Made by a program: the position numbers and the translations under genes. A DNA stretch of 64,000 nt from Eledone cirrhosa. Its lineage: Eukaryota. The notes under the pieces were generated by a model, which worked only from the letters and a program-made list of their open reading frames with translations, did no database searches and was not told where the DNA came from. Where the stretch lies: assembly GCA_964016885.1 (NCBI GenBank), contig OZ024765.1:9548001-9612000 (forward strand), given 5' to 3'. Shown in pieces: positions 39,218 through 52,507 of this stretch (the first letter of the stretch is position 1; each line of letters starts with the position of its first letter).

Positions 39218-39308
39218 CCTCTTTGTCTCTTTCTTCTGTTTCCATTGAGCTGTCAACTGAATAATCAGCATTCTGAAACAAGACATGTGACACTTCTCGA
39301 CTTATTGC
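39218..39308 (-). CDS. KIAA2012: KIAA2012-like exon I
   Basis: TCACAG|AISREVSHVLFQNADYSVDSSMETEERDKE|GTGAG; phase 0->1. Confidence 0.8.
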
Positions 39309-39355
39309 CTGTGAAAAATATAGAAAAAAAATGAACAAAAAGCTATAGATAGAAC

Positions 39356-39396
<41 letters not shown>

Positions 39397-39885
39397 GAGA
39401 GAGAAAGAGATGTAAAATCCTTACGTATAGTATATATGTGTATATAGTATATATACATATATGAGTTGTGACAACAATGGTGTCAAGCTGTATCAGCCAT
39501 TGCGTTTCCCTTGGACAACATCCTTTATGTATAAAGTCGGTGCTGTTTTGTATTTTCCAAGAATGTCTTACTAATGTAGTTTTTGTAGTTTGTTAATTCA
39601 AATGTTTATAGTATCTTTACTAGTGGACAGATTGTTGTGAAATTTTAAAGTATTAGAGCAAAGACTTTAATGTTTAATGTGATGCAGTCATAATACCGTT
39701 TTGTAAGGAGATTTTATGTGGTACAGACTTAATAATGGATAGATCTGTGTGAAAATTTGTAGTATTAAAGTAAAGCATTTAATTTTTAATGTGATACAAT
39801 CATAATACTACTTCGTACAAGAATGTTTTACTAATATGATTTCTTGTGGTAGAGGAAGTTAAGAGTTAAAATAGAATCAACTCAC

Positions 39886-40016
39886 TCTGATGTCAGAATC
39901 CAAACTTAGGCCAGATCCTTCTTGTTCAAGAACAAAACTAGCCATCTTTTGAGCATTTGTGGTTAATATCTTCATCACTTCAGATGCTGATAGGGCTGCA
40001 GTTGAATTATGTTTCT
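39886..40016 (-). CDS. KIAA2012: KIAA2012-like exon H
   Basis: TTACAG|EKHNSTAALSASEVMKILTTNAQKMASFVLEQEGSGLSLDSDIR|GTGAG; phase 1->0. Confidence 0.8.
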
Positions 40017-40046
40017 CTGTAATCACATGTGCATATATTATATATA

Positions 40047-40131
<85 letters not shown>

Positions 40132-40444
40132 AAGAAGTGTAAGTCAACAGGTTAAAATTAACTTTGTTTATTCATATTCACATACTGAAGTGTCAGTAAA
40201 CAATCAACACATACTCAAAGTTATATATATGTATATGTATAATAAAGCCAAAACAATGCAGGTATGGACATAGAATAAAGAATGCAAATGCAAAAGATAT
40301 TGTTGACAATTAGTCTTTTACCTTAGATTTATTTAAATGTCCTTAATTTTTTGAGATAATATCTCTTCTTCGGAGGGAAGTAAAGCGGTTAAACCAGTGT
40401 TCTAAATAGCTTGCCAAATAAATCTAATGTAAAAGACTAATTGT

Positions 40445-41067
<623 letters not shown>

Positions 41068-41143
41068 GGCCAATGACTGAAACAAGTAAAAGGATAAAAG
41101 AATGGTGTATACAGTATTGACACTTTTAGTGTACCTTACTTAC

Positions 41144-41329
41144 CTGTTTCTATAATGAGCCGTTCTTTCCTGCTGTTTCCATGGTAGCCATTTTGATATG
41201 TTGCATCTGCATCTGCAGAGATGTCAGGTAAATGAATCTCCTTCTTTTGCAGCACTGCACCGCCAACATGCACTATTTCTCCTCCCGGTGCATATACAAT
41301 ACTTCCGCTGATATTTGTTGCATCTGCAA
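41144..41329 (-). CDS. KIAA2012: KIAA2012-like exon G
   Basis: TTACAG|ADATNISGSIVYAPGGEIVHVGGAV...LIIET|GTAAG; 186 nt, phase 1->1 (an in-frame alternative AG lies 6 nt downstream). Confidence 0.78.
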
Positions 41330-42742
41330 CTGTAAGTTAGGAATTGACCACAGCGATGACCAACAATTGTTTCTACTTTTGGCACAAGGCCACCATTTAT
41401 CCCAGTGCATTACTGGTACTTTATTTTATCGACCCCCCCCCTCCCCCCACGTAAGGATGAAAGGCAAAGTTAACCTCGGCGGCGGGATTTGTACTCAGAA
41501 CGGCAAGGGCCGTAACACTATGCGTCACAGCATGGCATCCGACCCTCTACCGATACTGCCAATCCACCACCATTGCGATGACCAATAATTGTTTCTACAT
41601 TTGGCACAAGGCCAGCAAATTACCCAGTGCATTACTGGTACTTTATTTTATCGACCCCGTAAGGATGAAAGGCAAAGTCAACCTCGGCGGGATTTGAACT
41701 CAGATCGTAAAGGGACGTAACTCTGCTGGAAAGCATGGCGTCCGACCCTCTACCGATACTGCCAATCCACCACCATTGCGATGACCAATAATAATCATCC
41801 ATATGCATCACGTGACCTGCATCCATCATCTGATTCGTCTCCCACCTAGTTTAATTCTCAGTTCCTCCATGCTCTTGCTCTGATCGCTCTGATCGATCGT
41901 TCGACAAGATCCAAGACCTCATTCGCTTGTTGCCAAATGGGGTGGACTTTATTAAGTCGGACCAAGGAAAGAATGTTTCCATTGCTGATATTATCTACCG
42001 GTCACAATGTGAAAAGGAGCCACGTGAAAATAATAAAGTGCCTTGCTCAAGGACATAACATATCACCCAGACCGAGAATTGAACTCACAACCTCACGATT
42101 GCGAATCCAATCCTCTAACCACTAACCCAATCAACATATTTTTGTCAATTATTTCTCTCTGTCACCACACGAACGAAAGGATGACGATAATTGTCTAAAA
42201 CACATAGTGTAATGAGGCTGTTTACTTGCACAAGTACCGAGCGCTCTCCGACAGGCTCGCGGTTATGCTCTTGGCAGTGGAGACTTCTGGTGTCTTTGGC
42301 ACCAGGGCTACCTCCCTATTCACCAACATAGGCGTTGAGCTAGTCAGCTGAATTAAGTATAGAAATATAAAATGTACTGAGGCGAAAACCAACACCAATC
42401 AAACAGTGAGTGTGTTTTACTATATATTTCTGGCAATATTATAACAACATGTGATGCACATGGAGGATAACCGCTGGGTAAAGAAGTGCCAAGAAGTCCC
42501 AGTAGAAGGAAGACGCAGTAGAGGAAGACCACAAAAAACAAGGGCGGAGGTGGTGAAAGCAGACTGCAGATTGCTGAAGCTCACTGAGGAGATGACGAAG
42601 GACTGTCACAAGTGGAGAGATGCTGTGCCGAATAGGACCCATCCCACCCTTGCAAGCAAGGAAAAGCAGACGTAAAATGATGATGATGATGATGATGACC
42701 CTCCCCAAATATAACAGTAATTATACCATTTGTACAACTCAC

Positions 42743-43054
42743 ATTTTCTCCTGTGATGCTGCTGCTGGTGGTGAGGGTGGCGTAGTTGTTGATAATAATG
42801 ATGGGGGACGCTACTATTATGATGATGATGATGTTGATGGTGTAGGTGTAGAGGAGGAAGTAGAGGGGGAGGAGGGGACGGTGGTGGAGCAGGAGGAGGA
42901 GGAGGAGGAGGCAAAGGGTGCAAGAGATGAAGAAAGGGATGGAAAACACTCTTGCATGGCCGAGTTTCTTCAACGTGACCTCGTTTCTCTGTGGTTCTGG
43001 AAGTTTCTTCATCACAAATCAATGGCAGAGAAGTTTGATGATAACATGAACTAA
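42743..43054 (-). CDS. KIAA2012: KIAA2012-like exon F (Pro/His rich)
   Basis: TTCCAG|ISSCYHQTSLPLICDEETSR...PPPPPP...HHRRK|GTGAG; 312 nt, phase 1->1. Confidence 0.72.
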
Positions 43055-43094
43055 CTGGAATAAAGAAACAAATAACATTTTACTGGATATATAT

Positions 43095-43878
43095 GGTGGT
43101 GGTGGTGGTGGTAGTGGTGGTGTAGTGGTGGTGGTGGTGGTGGTGGTGTTGTTGGTGGTGGTGGTGGTGGTGGTGGTGGTGGTGGTGTTGTTGGTGGTGG
43201 GTGGTGGATGGTGGTGGTGGTGGTGTTGTTGGTGGTGGCGGTGGTGGTGGTGTTGTTGGTGGTAGTGGTGGTGGTGGTGGTGGATGGTGGTGGCTGTGGT
43301 GGTGGTGGTGGTGTTGTTGGTGGTAGTGGTGGTGGTGGTGGTGGTGGTGGTGGTGGATGGTTGTGGTGGTGGTCGTGGCAGTGTTGGTGGTGGTGGTGGT
43401 GGTGATGGTGGTGGCGGTGGTGGTGGTGTTGTTGGTGGTAGTGGTGGTGGTGGTGGTGGATGGTGGTGGTTGTGGTGGTGGTGGTGGCAGTGTTGTTGGT
43501 GGTGTTGTTGTTGTTGGTGGTGGTGGTGGTGATGGTGATGGTGGTGGCGGTGGTGGTGGTGGTGTTGTTGGTGGTAGTGGTGGTGGTGGTGGATGGTGGT
43601 GGTTGTGGTGGTGGTGGTGGCAGTGTTGTTGGTGGTGGTGGTGGTGGTGTTGTTGTTGGTGGTGGTGGTGGATGGTGGTGGTTGTGGTGGTGGTCGTGGC
43701 AGTGTTGGTGGTGGTGGTGGTGGTGATGGCGGTGGTGGTGGTGGTGTCGGTGGTGTTGTTGGTGTTGGTGGTGGTGGTGGTGGTGGTGGAGATGGTGGTG
43801 GCAGTGGTGGTGTTGTTGGTGGTGGTGGAGATGGTGGTGGTGGTGATGGTGGTGGAGATGGTGGTGGCGGTGGTGTTG

Positions 43879-43910
<32 letters not shown>

Positions 43911-44630
43911 GGAGATGGTGGTGGTGGTGATGGTGTTTGTATAGTCGTGGTATTTGTGAGTTGTGATGGTGATGTGTGTGTATTTGTGGTCATGTTGGTG
44001 TTGGTGCTGTGTGTATGTGTAGTGGTGGTGGTGTGTGTGGTGGTGGTGGTGGCAGTGGTGTTGGTGGTGTGTGTGGTGGTGATGGCGGTGGTGTGTGTGG
44101 TGGTGATGGCAGTGGTGTTGGTGGTGTGTGTGGTGGTGATGGCGGTGGTGTTGGTGGTGTGTGTGGTGGTGATGGCGGTGGTGTGTGTGGTGGTGATGGC
44201 AGTGGTGTTGGTGGTGTGTGTGGTGGTGATCGCGGTGGTGTGTGTGGTGGTGATGGCAGTGGTGTTGGTGGTGTGTGTGGTGGTGATGGCGGTGGTGTGT
44301 GTGGTGGTGATGGCAGTGGTGTTGGTGGTGTGTGTGGTGGTGATGGCGGTGGTGTTGGTGGTGTGTGTGGTGGTGATGGCGGTGGTGTGTGTGGTGGTGT
44401 TGGTGGTGTGTGTGGTGGTGATGGTGGTGGTGTTGGTGATGTGTGTGTGGTGGTGATGGTGTTGGTGGTGTGTGTGGTGGTGATGGCAGTGGTGTTGGTG
44501 TGTAGTGGTGTGTATGTGTAGTGGGTGGATGGGTTTCTCTGTGTGTGGGGGGGATGTGGATGAGTGTGTATGTGAGTGAGTGTGTGTGTGTGATTATGTG
44601 TATGTGTATGTATATGTATGTGTGTGTGTG
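43095..44630. repeat. (GGT)n / (GT)n compound repeat
   Basis: Seen directly; intron between exons E and F. Confidence 0.9.
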
Positions 44631-44651
44631 TGGATTAGTCAGGCAGCTCAC

Positions 44652-44936
44652 TGTTATAACGACCTCCTGAAAGGGAAGCAGTATCCATGGAAACAGCTGT
44701 CTGAAAGGGCCCGTTTGTGACACGGAGAGCAGAAGTTCTTGACGACCCCTTTTCTGGTCTCCATTGTATGGGAGGGAGTTGTAGGTGTGATGACAGTACA
44801 GGGTTCACTCGTGGCACTACGATATCTCCATAATGTCTAGTAGTAGTAGAATCATTAGTTCCCCCTACGACATTTTGGGTGATGTTTGGTCCCGGGAATT
44901 CCATGGTGTGTATGGAACTGAACTTTCCTGCATTTT
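44652..44936 (-). CDS. KIAA2012: KIAA2012-like exon E
   Basis: TTGCAG|ENAGKFSS...HLQLPPIQWR...GGRYN|GTGAG; 285 nt, phase 1->1. Confidence 0.78.
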
Positions 44937-44989
44937 CTGCAAATAGAAAATTAAATGTAGAGAACAGAAACACATGCACACACACACTC

Positions 44990-46785
44990 ACAACCACTTT
45001 ACAGAGTGAACTGGGTGCTTTTTTCCTCGTGTCACCAGTACAACCACCTTACAGAGTGGTCTGGGTGCTTTTTTCCTCATGTCACCAGTAACACCACCTT
45101 ACAGAGTGGACTGGGTGCTTTTTGTCATGACACCTACACAATCACTTTACAGTGTGAACTGGGTGCCTTTTGTTGTGACCCCTACACGACCATTTTATAG
45201 TGTGGACTGGGTACTTTTTATTGTGACACCTACACAACCACTTTACAGTGTCGACTGGGTGCTTTTTGCCATGACACCTACTCTACCACTTTACAGTCTG
45301 GACTGGGTGCTTTTTGCCATGACACCTACATGACCACTTTACAGTGTGGACTGGGTGCTTTTTGCCATGACACCTACACGACCAGTTTACAGTGTGGACT
45401 GGGTGCTTTTTGCCATGACACCTACACGACCACTTTACAGTGTGGACTGGGTGCTTTTTGCCATGACACCTACACGACCAGTTTACAGTGTGGACTGGGT
45501 GCTTTTTGCCATGACACCTACACGACCACTTTACAGTGTGAACTGGGTGCTTTTTGCCATGACACCTACACGACCAGTTTACAGTGTGGACTGGGTGCTT
45601 TTTGCCATGACACCTGCACTACCACTTTACAGTGTGGACTGGGTGCTTTTTGCCATGACACCTACACGACCACTTTACAGTGTGGACTGGGTGCTTTTTG
45701 TCATGACACCTACACAACCACTTTACAGTGTGAACTGGGTGCTTTTTCTCATGACACCTACACAACCACTTTACAGTGTGGACTGGGTGCTTTTTGTCAT
45801 GACACCTACACGACCACTATACAGTGTGGACTGGGTCCTTTTTGTCATGACACCTACACAACCACTTTACAGTGTGGACTGGGTGCTTTTTGCCATGACA
45901 CCTACACGACCACTTTACAGTGTGAACTGGGTGCTTTTTGCCATGACACCTACACGACCAGTTTACAGTGTGGACTGGGTGCTTTTTGCCATGACACCTG
46001 CACTACCACTTTACAGTGTGGACTGGGTGCTTTTTGCCATGACACCTACACGACCACTTTACAGTGTGGACTGGGTGCTTTTTGTCATGACACCTACACA
46101 ACCACTTTACAGTGTGAACTGGGTGCTTTTTCTCATGACACCTACACAACCACTTTACAGTGTGGACTGGGTGCTTTTTGTCATGACACCTACATGACCA
46201 CTATACAGTGTGGACTGGGTCCTTTTTGTCATGACACCTACACAACCACTTTACAGTGTGGACTGGGTGCTTTTTGCCATGACACCTACACGACCACTTT
46301 ACAGTGTGGACTGGGTGCTTTTTGCCATGACACCTACACGACCACTTTACAGTGTGGACTGGGTGCTTTTTGTCATGACACCTACTCTACCACTATACAG
46401 TGTGGACTGGGTGCTTTTTGCCATGACACCTACACAAACACTTTACAGTGTGGACTGGGTGCTTTTTGCCATGACACCTACTCTACCACTTTACAGTGTG
46501 GACTGGGTGCTTTTTGTCATGACACCTACACGACCACTTTACAGTGTGGACTGGGTGCTTTTTGCCATGACACCTACACAACCACTTTACAGTGTGTGCT
46601 GGGTGCTTTTTGTCGTGACACCTACACGACCAGTTTACAGTGTGGACTGGGTGCTTTTTGTCATGACACCTACACGACCACTTTACAGTGTGGACTGGGT
46701 GCTTTTTGTCATGACACCTACACGACCAGTTTACAGTGTGGACTGGGTGCTTTTTGCCATGACACCTACACGACCAGTTTACAAC
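44990..46785. repeat. 48-bp minisatellite array (about 37 copies), same family as 15390-16905
   Basis: Same unit; fills almost the whole intron between exons D and E. Confidence 0.95.
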
Positions 46786-46831
46786 ATATATGAATAAATA
46801 ATCAAATAATTTAATGTATTTGCTATCTCAC

Positions 46832-47003
46832 CTGCTCTAGGTTTCCGTAGATTCACAGGAAGTCCTATATCTCGACATGGTCTTTTCATGGTGTCGGTAC
46901 TGTTGTACACCTGATGTGGCTTATTTCCTTGACCAATGGTCAAATCTACAAAGGGACAATGGTGTTCCTGAATATGACCATGGTCTTCATTACCCAACAT
47001 TGG
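46832..47003 (-). CDS. KIAA2012: KIAA2012-like exon D
   Basis: TTTCAG|[10 protein letters not shown]...LRKPRA|GTGAG; 172 nt, phase 0->1. Confidence 0.75.
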
Positions 47004-47377
47004 CTGAAATAATAATAATAATATATACACACACACATATATATATATATATATATGTGTGTGTATATATTATTTTAATAAATATATATATAAATATATA
47101 TATATATATATGTATGTATATATATATATATATATATGTGTGTATGTATGTATGTGTATGTATGTATGTATATATACTATATATATGTATGTATATATAT
47201 ATATATATATACATGTATATACATACATATATATAGTATATATATATATATATTTATATATATGTATATATATACTATATATATGTATGTATATATATGT
47301 ATATATATATATATATGTATGTATATATATACTATATATATGTATGTATATATATACTATATATATGTATGTATATA

Positions 47378-47439
<62 letters not shown>

Positions 47440-47481
47440 CATATATATATATGTATGTGTATGTATATATATATGTATGTG

Positions 47482-47547
<66 letters not shown>

Positions 47548-47623
47548 TATATACACATAGATATGTTGATTTAAAACTGCACTATCCACAAGTGTTTTTT
47601 AGCCTTCATATCATGTTCTCCTG

Positions 47624-47690
47624 TTTTATCTGATGAAAACGCAAATATTATTGCATGATGATGTTTGTTTTTGAAATGCGCATAATAAAA
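47624..47690 (+). ncRNA. Type I hammerhead ribozyme fold, intact core
   Basis: Stem I TTTTAT/ATAAAA; CTGATGA; 16-bp stem II (four G-U, one mismatch); GAAA; palindromic stem III ATGCGCAT; AUA cleavage triplet. Confidence 0.8.
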
Positions 47691-47835
47691 TACATGGAAC
47701 TCCTTTAACCATCTTTTGATCTTATATTATATATATATATATATATAATGAAAAATTGAACAGGGACAGAACAGAGAGGCAGTACGATAAATGTTTATTA
47801 AATTCACGCTCAGGAGAGTGGGGGGTAGGTGGGGG

Positions 47836-47867
47836 ACGACGTTTCGGGCATAAGCCCTTCTTCAGGT
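47836..47867 (-). ncRNA. Minimal type I hammerhead (Penelope-like)
   Basis: Minus strand reads AC-CTGAAGA-A-GGGC TTAT GCCC-GAAA-CG-TC-GT; stem I is only 2 bp. Confidence 0.65.
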
Positions 47868-48121
47868 GAGAGTTCAAAAGGTGTGTAGGGGAGTGGTGGA
47901 GAGACATATAGCGAAAGGAAACGGTGCGAATGAAAAATTAACAAATAAAGACAAAAATATAATAAATAATAAATAAAAATAAAGCATGATCAAAATACAA
48001 GGAATGAGAAAATTTAAAAATAAAGGCATGATCAAAATAAACTGAAATTATATACATATATGTGTGCATGTATGTATATATATGTGTATATATATGTATG
48101 TATATATATGTATATATATAT

Positions 48122-48171
<50 letters not shown>

Positions 48172-48288
48172 GTGTGTATATATATATATATATGTATGTA
48201 AAAGATAAACAGAAATAACAACACAATGTGTACAGTATGTGGAAGGAATATATATTAGGTTAACGATTGAAATAGCAGGAAGAGGGTC

Positions 48289-48363
<75 letters not shown>

Positions 48364-48526
48364 TTCAAAATATTAACAAAAATAGAACTTCATTGTGATC
48401 AAGTATATCTCATTATACATACCTCAGAGGCACTGAGCTAACTTCATCAGCACGTCCTCATCAGACAAAATAAGATGATGCATGACATACCCTGACATAG
48501 TAGATGGTTAAGATCCAGTCATGGTA

Positions 48527-48618
<92 letters not shown>

Positions 48619-48620
48619 AG

Positions 48621-48706
48621 TTCCACAACAGTTAGTTCACCATACCGAGAACAAATGTTTCACCTTATTTGAATCCTCAGCTCGGTCTAAGTGAAGTTGT
48701 ATGGAA
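48621..48706 (-). ncRNA. Type I hammerhead fold with extended stem I and decayed stem II
   Basis: Minus strand reads ACCGAG-CTGAGGA-TTCAAATAAGGT-GAAA-CATTTG-TT-CTCGGT; stem I extends through TTCAC/GTGAA and further flanking pairs. Confidence 0.65.
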
Positions 48707-49956
48707 AAGGAAAAACAACCATATATATATATATAAATGAAAGTATAGAAATTATTGTAGCAAGAAGCCAACAGTATTTCATAATATATAAGTGACTATA
48801 ACGTCAAAATGGAAAAATAATTAAAGTAAGATGTGGGAAAATAATTCAAACTCAATTAAAAAAAAAATCAAAACATAGATTTATCCACAGAATTTTGTGA
48901 AATCCAGGGGAAAAATCAATAGAGCCTTAACTCTGAATAAAATAAAGTTTAAATATTCATCCTTCAATTTGGAAAAACTACAAATGCTCTGTATAGTCTT
49001 AAAAAGACTTATATATATATATATATTGGATGTACAATGTAAATGTGAGAAAAAGGCAGAGCTTGGATGAGCTGAGGGTGAAGCTGGTTTAAGGGGGATC
49101 TGAGATGTTGTGCAGGAGAGAAGACTGCGTCGATATGGACATGTGTTGTGCATGGGCAATGACCAATGGGTGAAGAAATGCCAGGAAATCCCAGTGGAAG
49201 GAAGCCAAGAAAGACCTGGTCAGAGGTTGTGAAAGCTGACCTCAAATCGCTAAGAGTGGCAGAGGAGATGACGAAGGAACGCGACAAGGGGAGAGATGCC
49301 CGTGTTGAATAGAACCCATCCAAGCTATGCAAGCATGGAAAAGCAGATGTAAAAGTCATTATCATGATCATGATCATCATTCATTTTTATTAAGGCTAAA
49401 TAATCAAGTCTTGTTAACCTGGAGCTTCACCTGTTTATCACAGGGTCATCGGACAAGAACTAATGTTTCAATGGCAGATACAATATAAATAAGGAAGACT
49501 TGGGGTGGGGGAAGAAGAATTTAATTGAGAAGGGGTAATTTGGATAGGATGGGCAGGGTGGTGGTGGAAGAAGGCGATAAAGCATAGTGGTGATTGTATC
49601 CATAGAAAAGATATGTTGTGTATATATATACATATATATGTGTGTGTGTGTATATGTGTGTGTGTGTATGTGATGTGTATGTGTGTGTAAATAAACATGT
49701 AGGAAGTGTGGTAGTGAAAAGGTCAATACAAATTTGTCAGTGAATGCATTGATATGCAAATGAGTATTGGTATGCAAATGAGTAACAATGTATGTTACTC
49801 ATTTGCATTCTTTGTACATGAATTGTGAGTTGCTTCTTTTATCCAACATGTCCTTCAGTGGGATTTGAGGGAGATTTGAGCGCTGTCATTTCTTGCATGT
49901 TAAGTGATCATGTAGAGGTTCCTTCGTTTGCTCATCCTCTCAGTTGGTGAGTCATT

Positions 49957-50490
49957 AGTGGTGGCAGTGGTGGTGGTGGTGGTGGTGGAGATGGTAGTGG
50001 TGGTGGAGGTGGTGGTAGTGTTGGTGGAAGTAGAGGTGGAGGTGGTGTTGGTGTAGGCAGAGGTGGAGATGGTAGTGGTGGTGGTGGTAGTGGTGGTGGA
50101 GGTGGAGATGGTAGTGGTGGTGGTAGTATTGGTGGAAGTAGAGGTGGAGGTGGTAGTGGTGGTGGTAGTATTGGTGGAGAAGGTTGTGGTAGTGGTGGTG
50201 GAGGTAGAGGTAGAGGTGGTGGTGGTGTTGGTGGAGGAGGTGGTGGTGGTAGTGGTGGTGGTGGAGGTGGTGGTGTTGGTGGAGATGGTAGTGGTGGTGT
50301 TGGTGGAGGTAGAGGTGGAGATGGCGGTGGTAGTGGTAGAGGTAGAAGTAGAGACGCAGATGGTGTGGGGGTGGGGTGGGTGGGGGGTTAGTTGTCAGTG
50401 GTGGTGGTAATGGAAGCAGTGGTAGTTGTGGTGGTAGTGGTGTTGGTGGTGGTGGTGGTAATGGAAGTAGTGGTGGTGGTGATGGTGGTG
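49957..50490. repeat. (GGT/GTA/GAG)n low-complexity tract
   Basis: Seen directly in the sequence. Confidence 0.85.
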
Positions 50491-51382
50491 GGTGTGTTAC
50501 AACACACCTGATAGGAGTGGAATGTATAGCAACAGACCATAGCAACAGACATTTTGCAACAACAACAACAACAACAGTATTCTTTGACATACCACACACA
50601 CCCACACATATACACACATACATACACACACACACATGTATGTATATATATATATATATATATATATAGGGAAAGGTTAAGAGCTCAAGCCGTTTCGATG
50701 GCTATTATCCAGAAATAGCCATCAAAACAGCTTCAGCTCTGCCGTCGGGGTCCTGAACTTTTTCCTATTACCCACTCTACTACCCAAATTATTGAGTACT
50801 CTGGTGCGTTATGGTCCATCTGGTTCCTTACCACACTTCCTTCATCATCATCATCATCATCATCATCACCGTTTTATGTCCGTTCTTCCACGCTAGCATG
50901 GGTTAGGCGGGTTGTCCTGTTGTGGGCAGTGTCTGGTCGGTTGACCATGCCCTGCTCATACAGGAACCGATTCTGGCTTGATTTCTACAGCTGGATGCCC
51001 TTCCCAACACCAACCTCATTTACAGTGAGTGCTGGGTGCTTTTTCGTGGCGCCTACACGTCCACTTTACAGTGTGGGCTGGGTGCTTTTTTGCCGTGGCA
51101 CCTCCACGACCACCTTGCTTCAGCTTGTACCCATGGGAGGTCGGGTACTCTATATTACTGCGTGACGCCAGAGGTCACGGTCGTGTGTCATCGCCTTTGA
51201 GAGGTGTAATTGGGTAAGGTCGGCTTTTATCACCTCATCCCAGGTCATCTTGGGTCTCCCCCACTCTGCGGCTTCCATTGACTTCTAGTGCTCTGCACCT
51301 TTTTATGCAGCTGTCATCCTTCATACGCATTCCATTGACGAGGAAGTTTCATTTACCTATGAAAAATATTTATTGCGTATTG

Positions 51383-51474
51383 ACCTGTTACGCGTGTTTC
51401 ACAGAGGATTGGCTCAAGGTGACCCATAGGAGTTATGGACCTGACTCCAGTATTGACCTGCTCCTCAGACTGGT
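51383..51474 (-). ncRNA. Type I hammerhead fold with long branched stem II
   Basis: Minus strand reads ACCAGT-CTGAGGA-GCAG[~53 nt]CTGT-GAAA-CACGCG-TA-ACAGGT. Confidence 0.62.
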
Positions 51475-52476
51475 GTTGTGACAAAAGAAGTATTTTTGTT
51501 GTGGTATGTGGCCTGAGAGGGTATATATATATATATATATATAGGCATCGGCCCTATTTTTTGTGTATGGGCGTTTTGTGTGTATTTGGGTGTAATTAGT
51601 GGGGTGGTAATGCAGGTGTGTATTCACCGATATTCATGAGCATATTTACAAAATGAGGGGTTTACTAAAATTATTAATTATTTAATTACTAAGATGGTAA
51701 GTTAAGAAATGGTTTATATATAAAATAATGTTGGAAGATTTTAATTTAAATTAGAATCCTGTATTTCAATTAATTAATGAAGAATTTTCAAGGATTTATT
51801 AAAATTTTTAATTACTTTATTAGTAAAATAATAATATATAGTTCTTATATAAAACTATGTTGGAAGATTTTAAATTAACCCTTTAGCATTTATATTGCTC
51901 TGGAACCCTGACTCCAGCCTGACTAGGAGTAGGAAGCTGTCATTCCCTGACGTTATCTCTAGGGATACGGGAATCAGCAGACAGGACGTGGGGGCAGCGA
52001 TGGAGGACAGGGGATTCTGGGGCATGAGAGTGAGATCCATCATCTCGACAGTAGTCGACGATGATGATGATTACTCTTTTACGCATTTTTATTACTCTAT
52101 ATATACTATTGTCTTTTAGTGGTAAAGGCTTTATCTTATATAATTATCTCACATAATATTGAATCTATGAGTTTTTGATATTATTCATTTTGAGAACAAT
52201 ACCTTAACACCAGTATGAGTGACCGGTTACAGCTGGTTTGATCAGGTGAGAGAATTCTGGCCAGATACAGCCAATTTAAATGCTAAAGGGTTAAAAAACA
52301 AGAACCCTTTAAAATGGATGGTTATATTTCATAAAACCAGAGCCAGTTTTGGCTGTGTTGGTATCAAAAGTGTTAAAACCTTCATAAAAATGACTCAAGA
52401 ATGATTTATTGTACAGGCTTAAGGATACCCCTCCTCCTCTCTCTCTCTTTCTCTCTCTCTCTCATATTGCCCCAGA

Positions 52477-52507
<31 letters not shown>

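Noticed and set aside
48423-48491. AG...GT-bounded candidate exon with two CTGATGA motifs on the minus strand
   Set aside because: Stops occur in all three frames; there is no GAAA or stem arrangement for a hammerhead.
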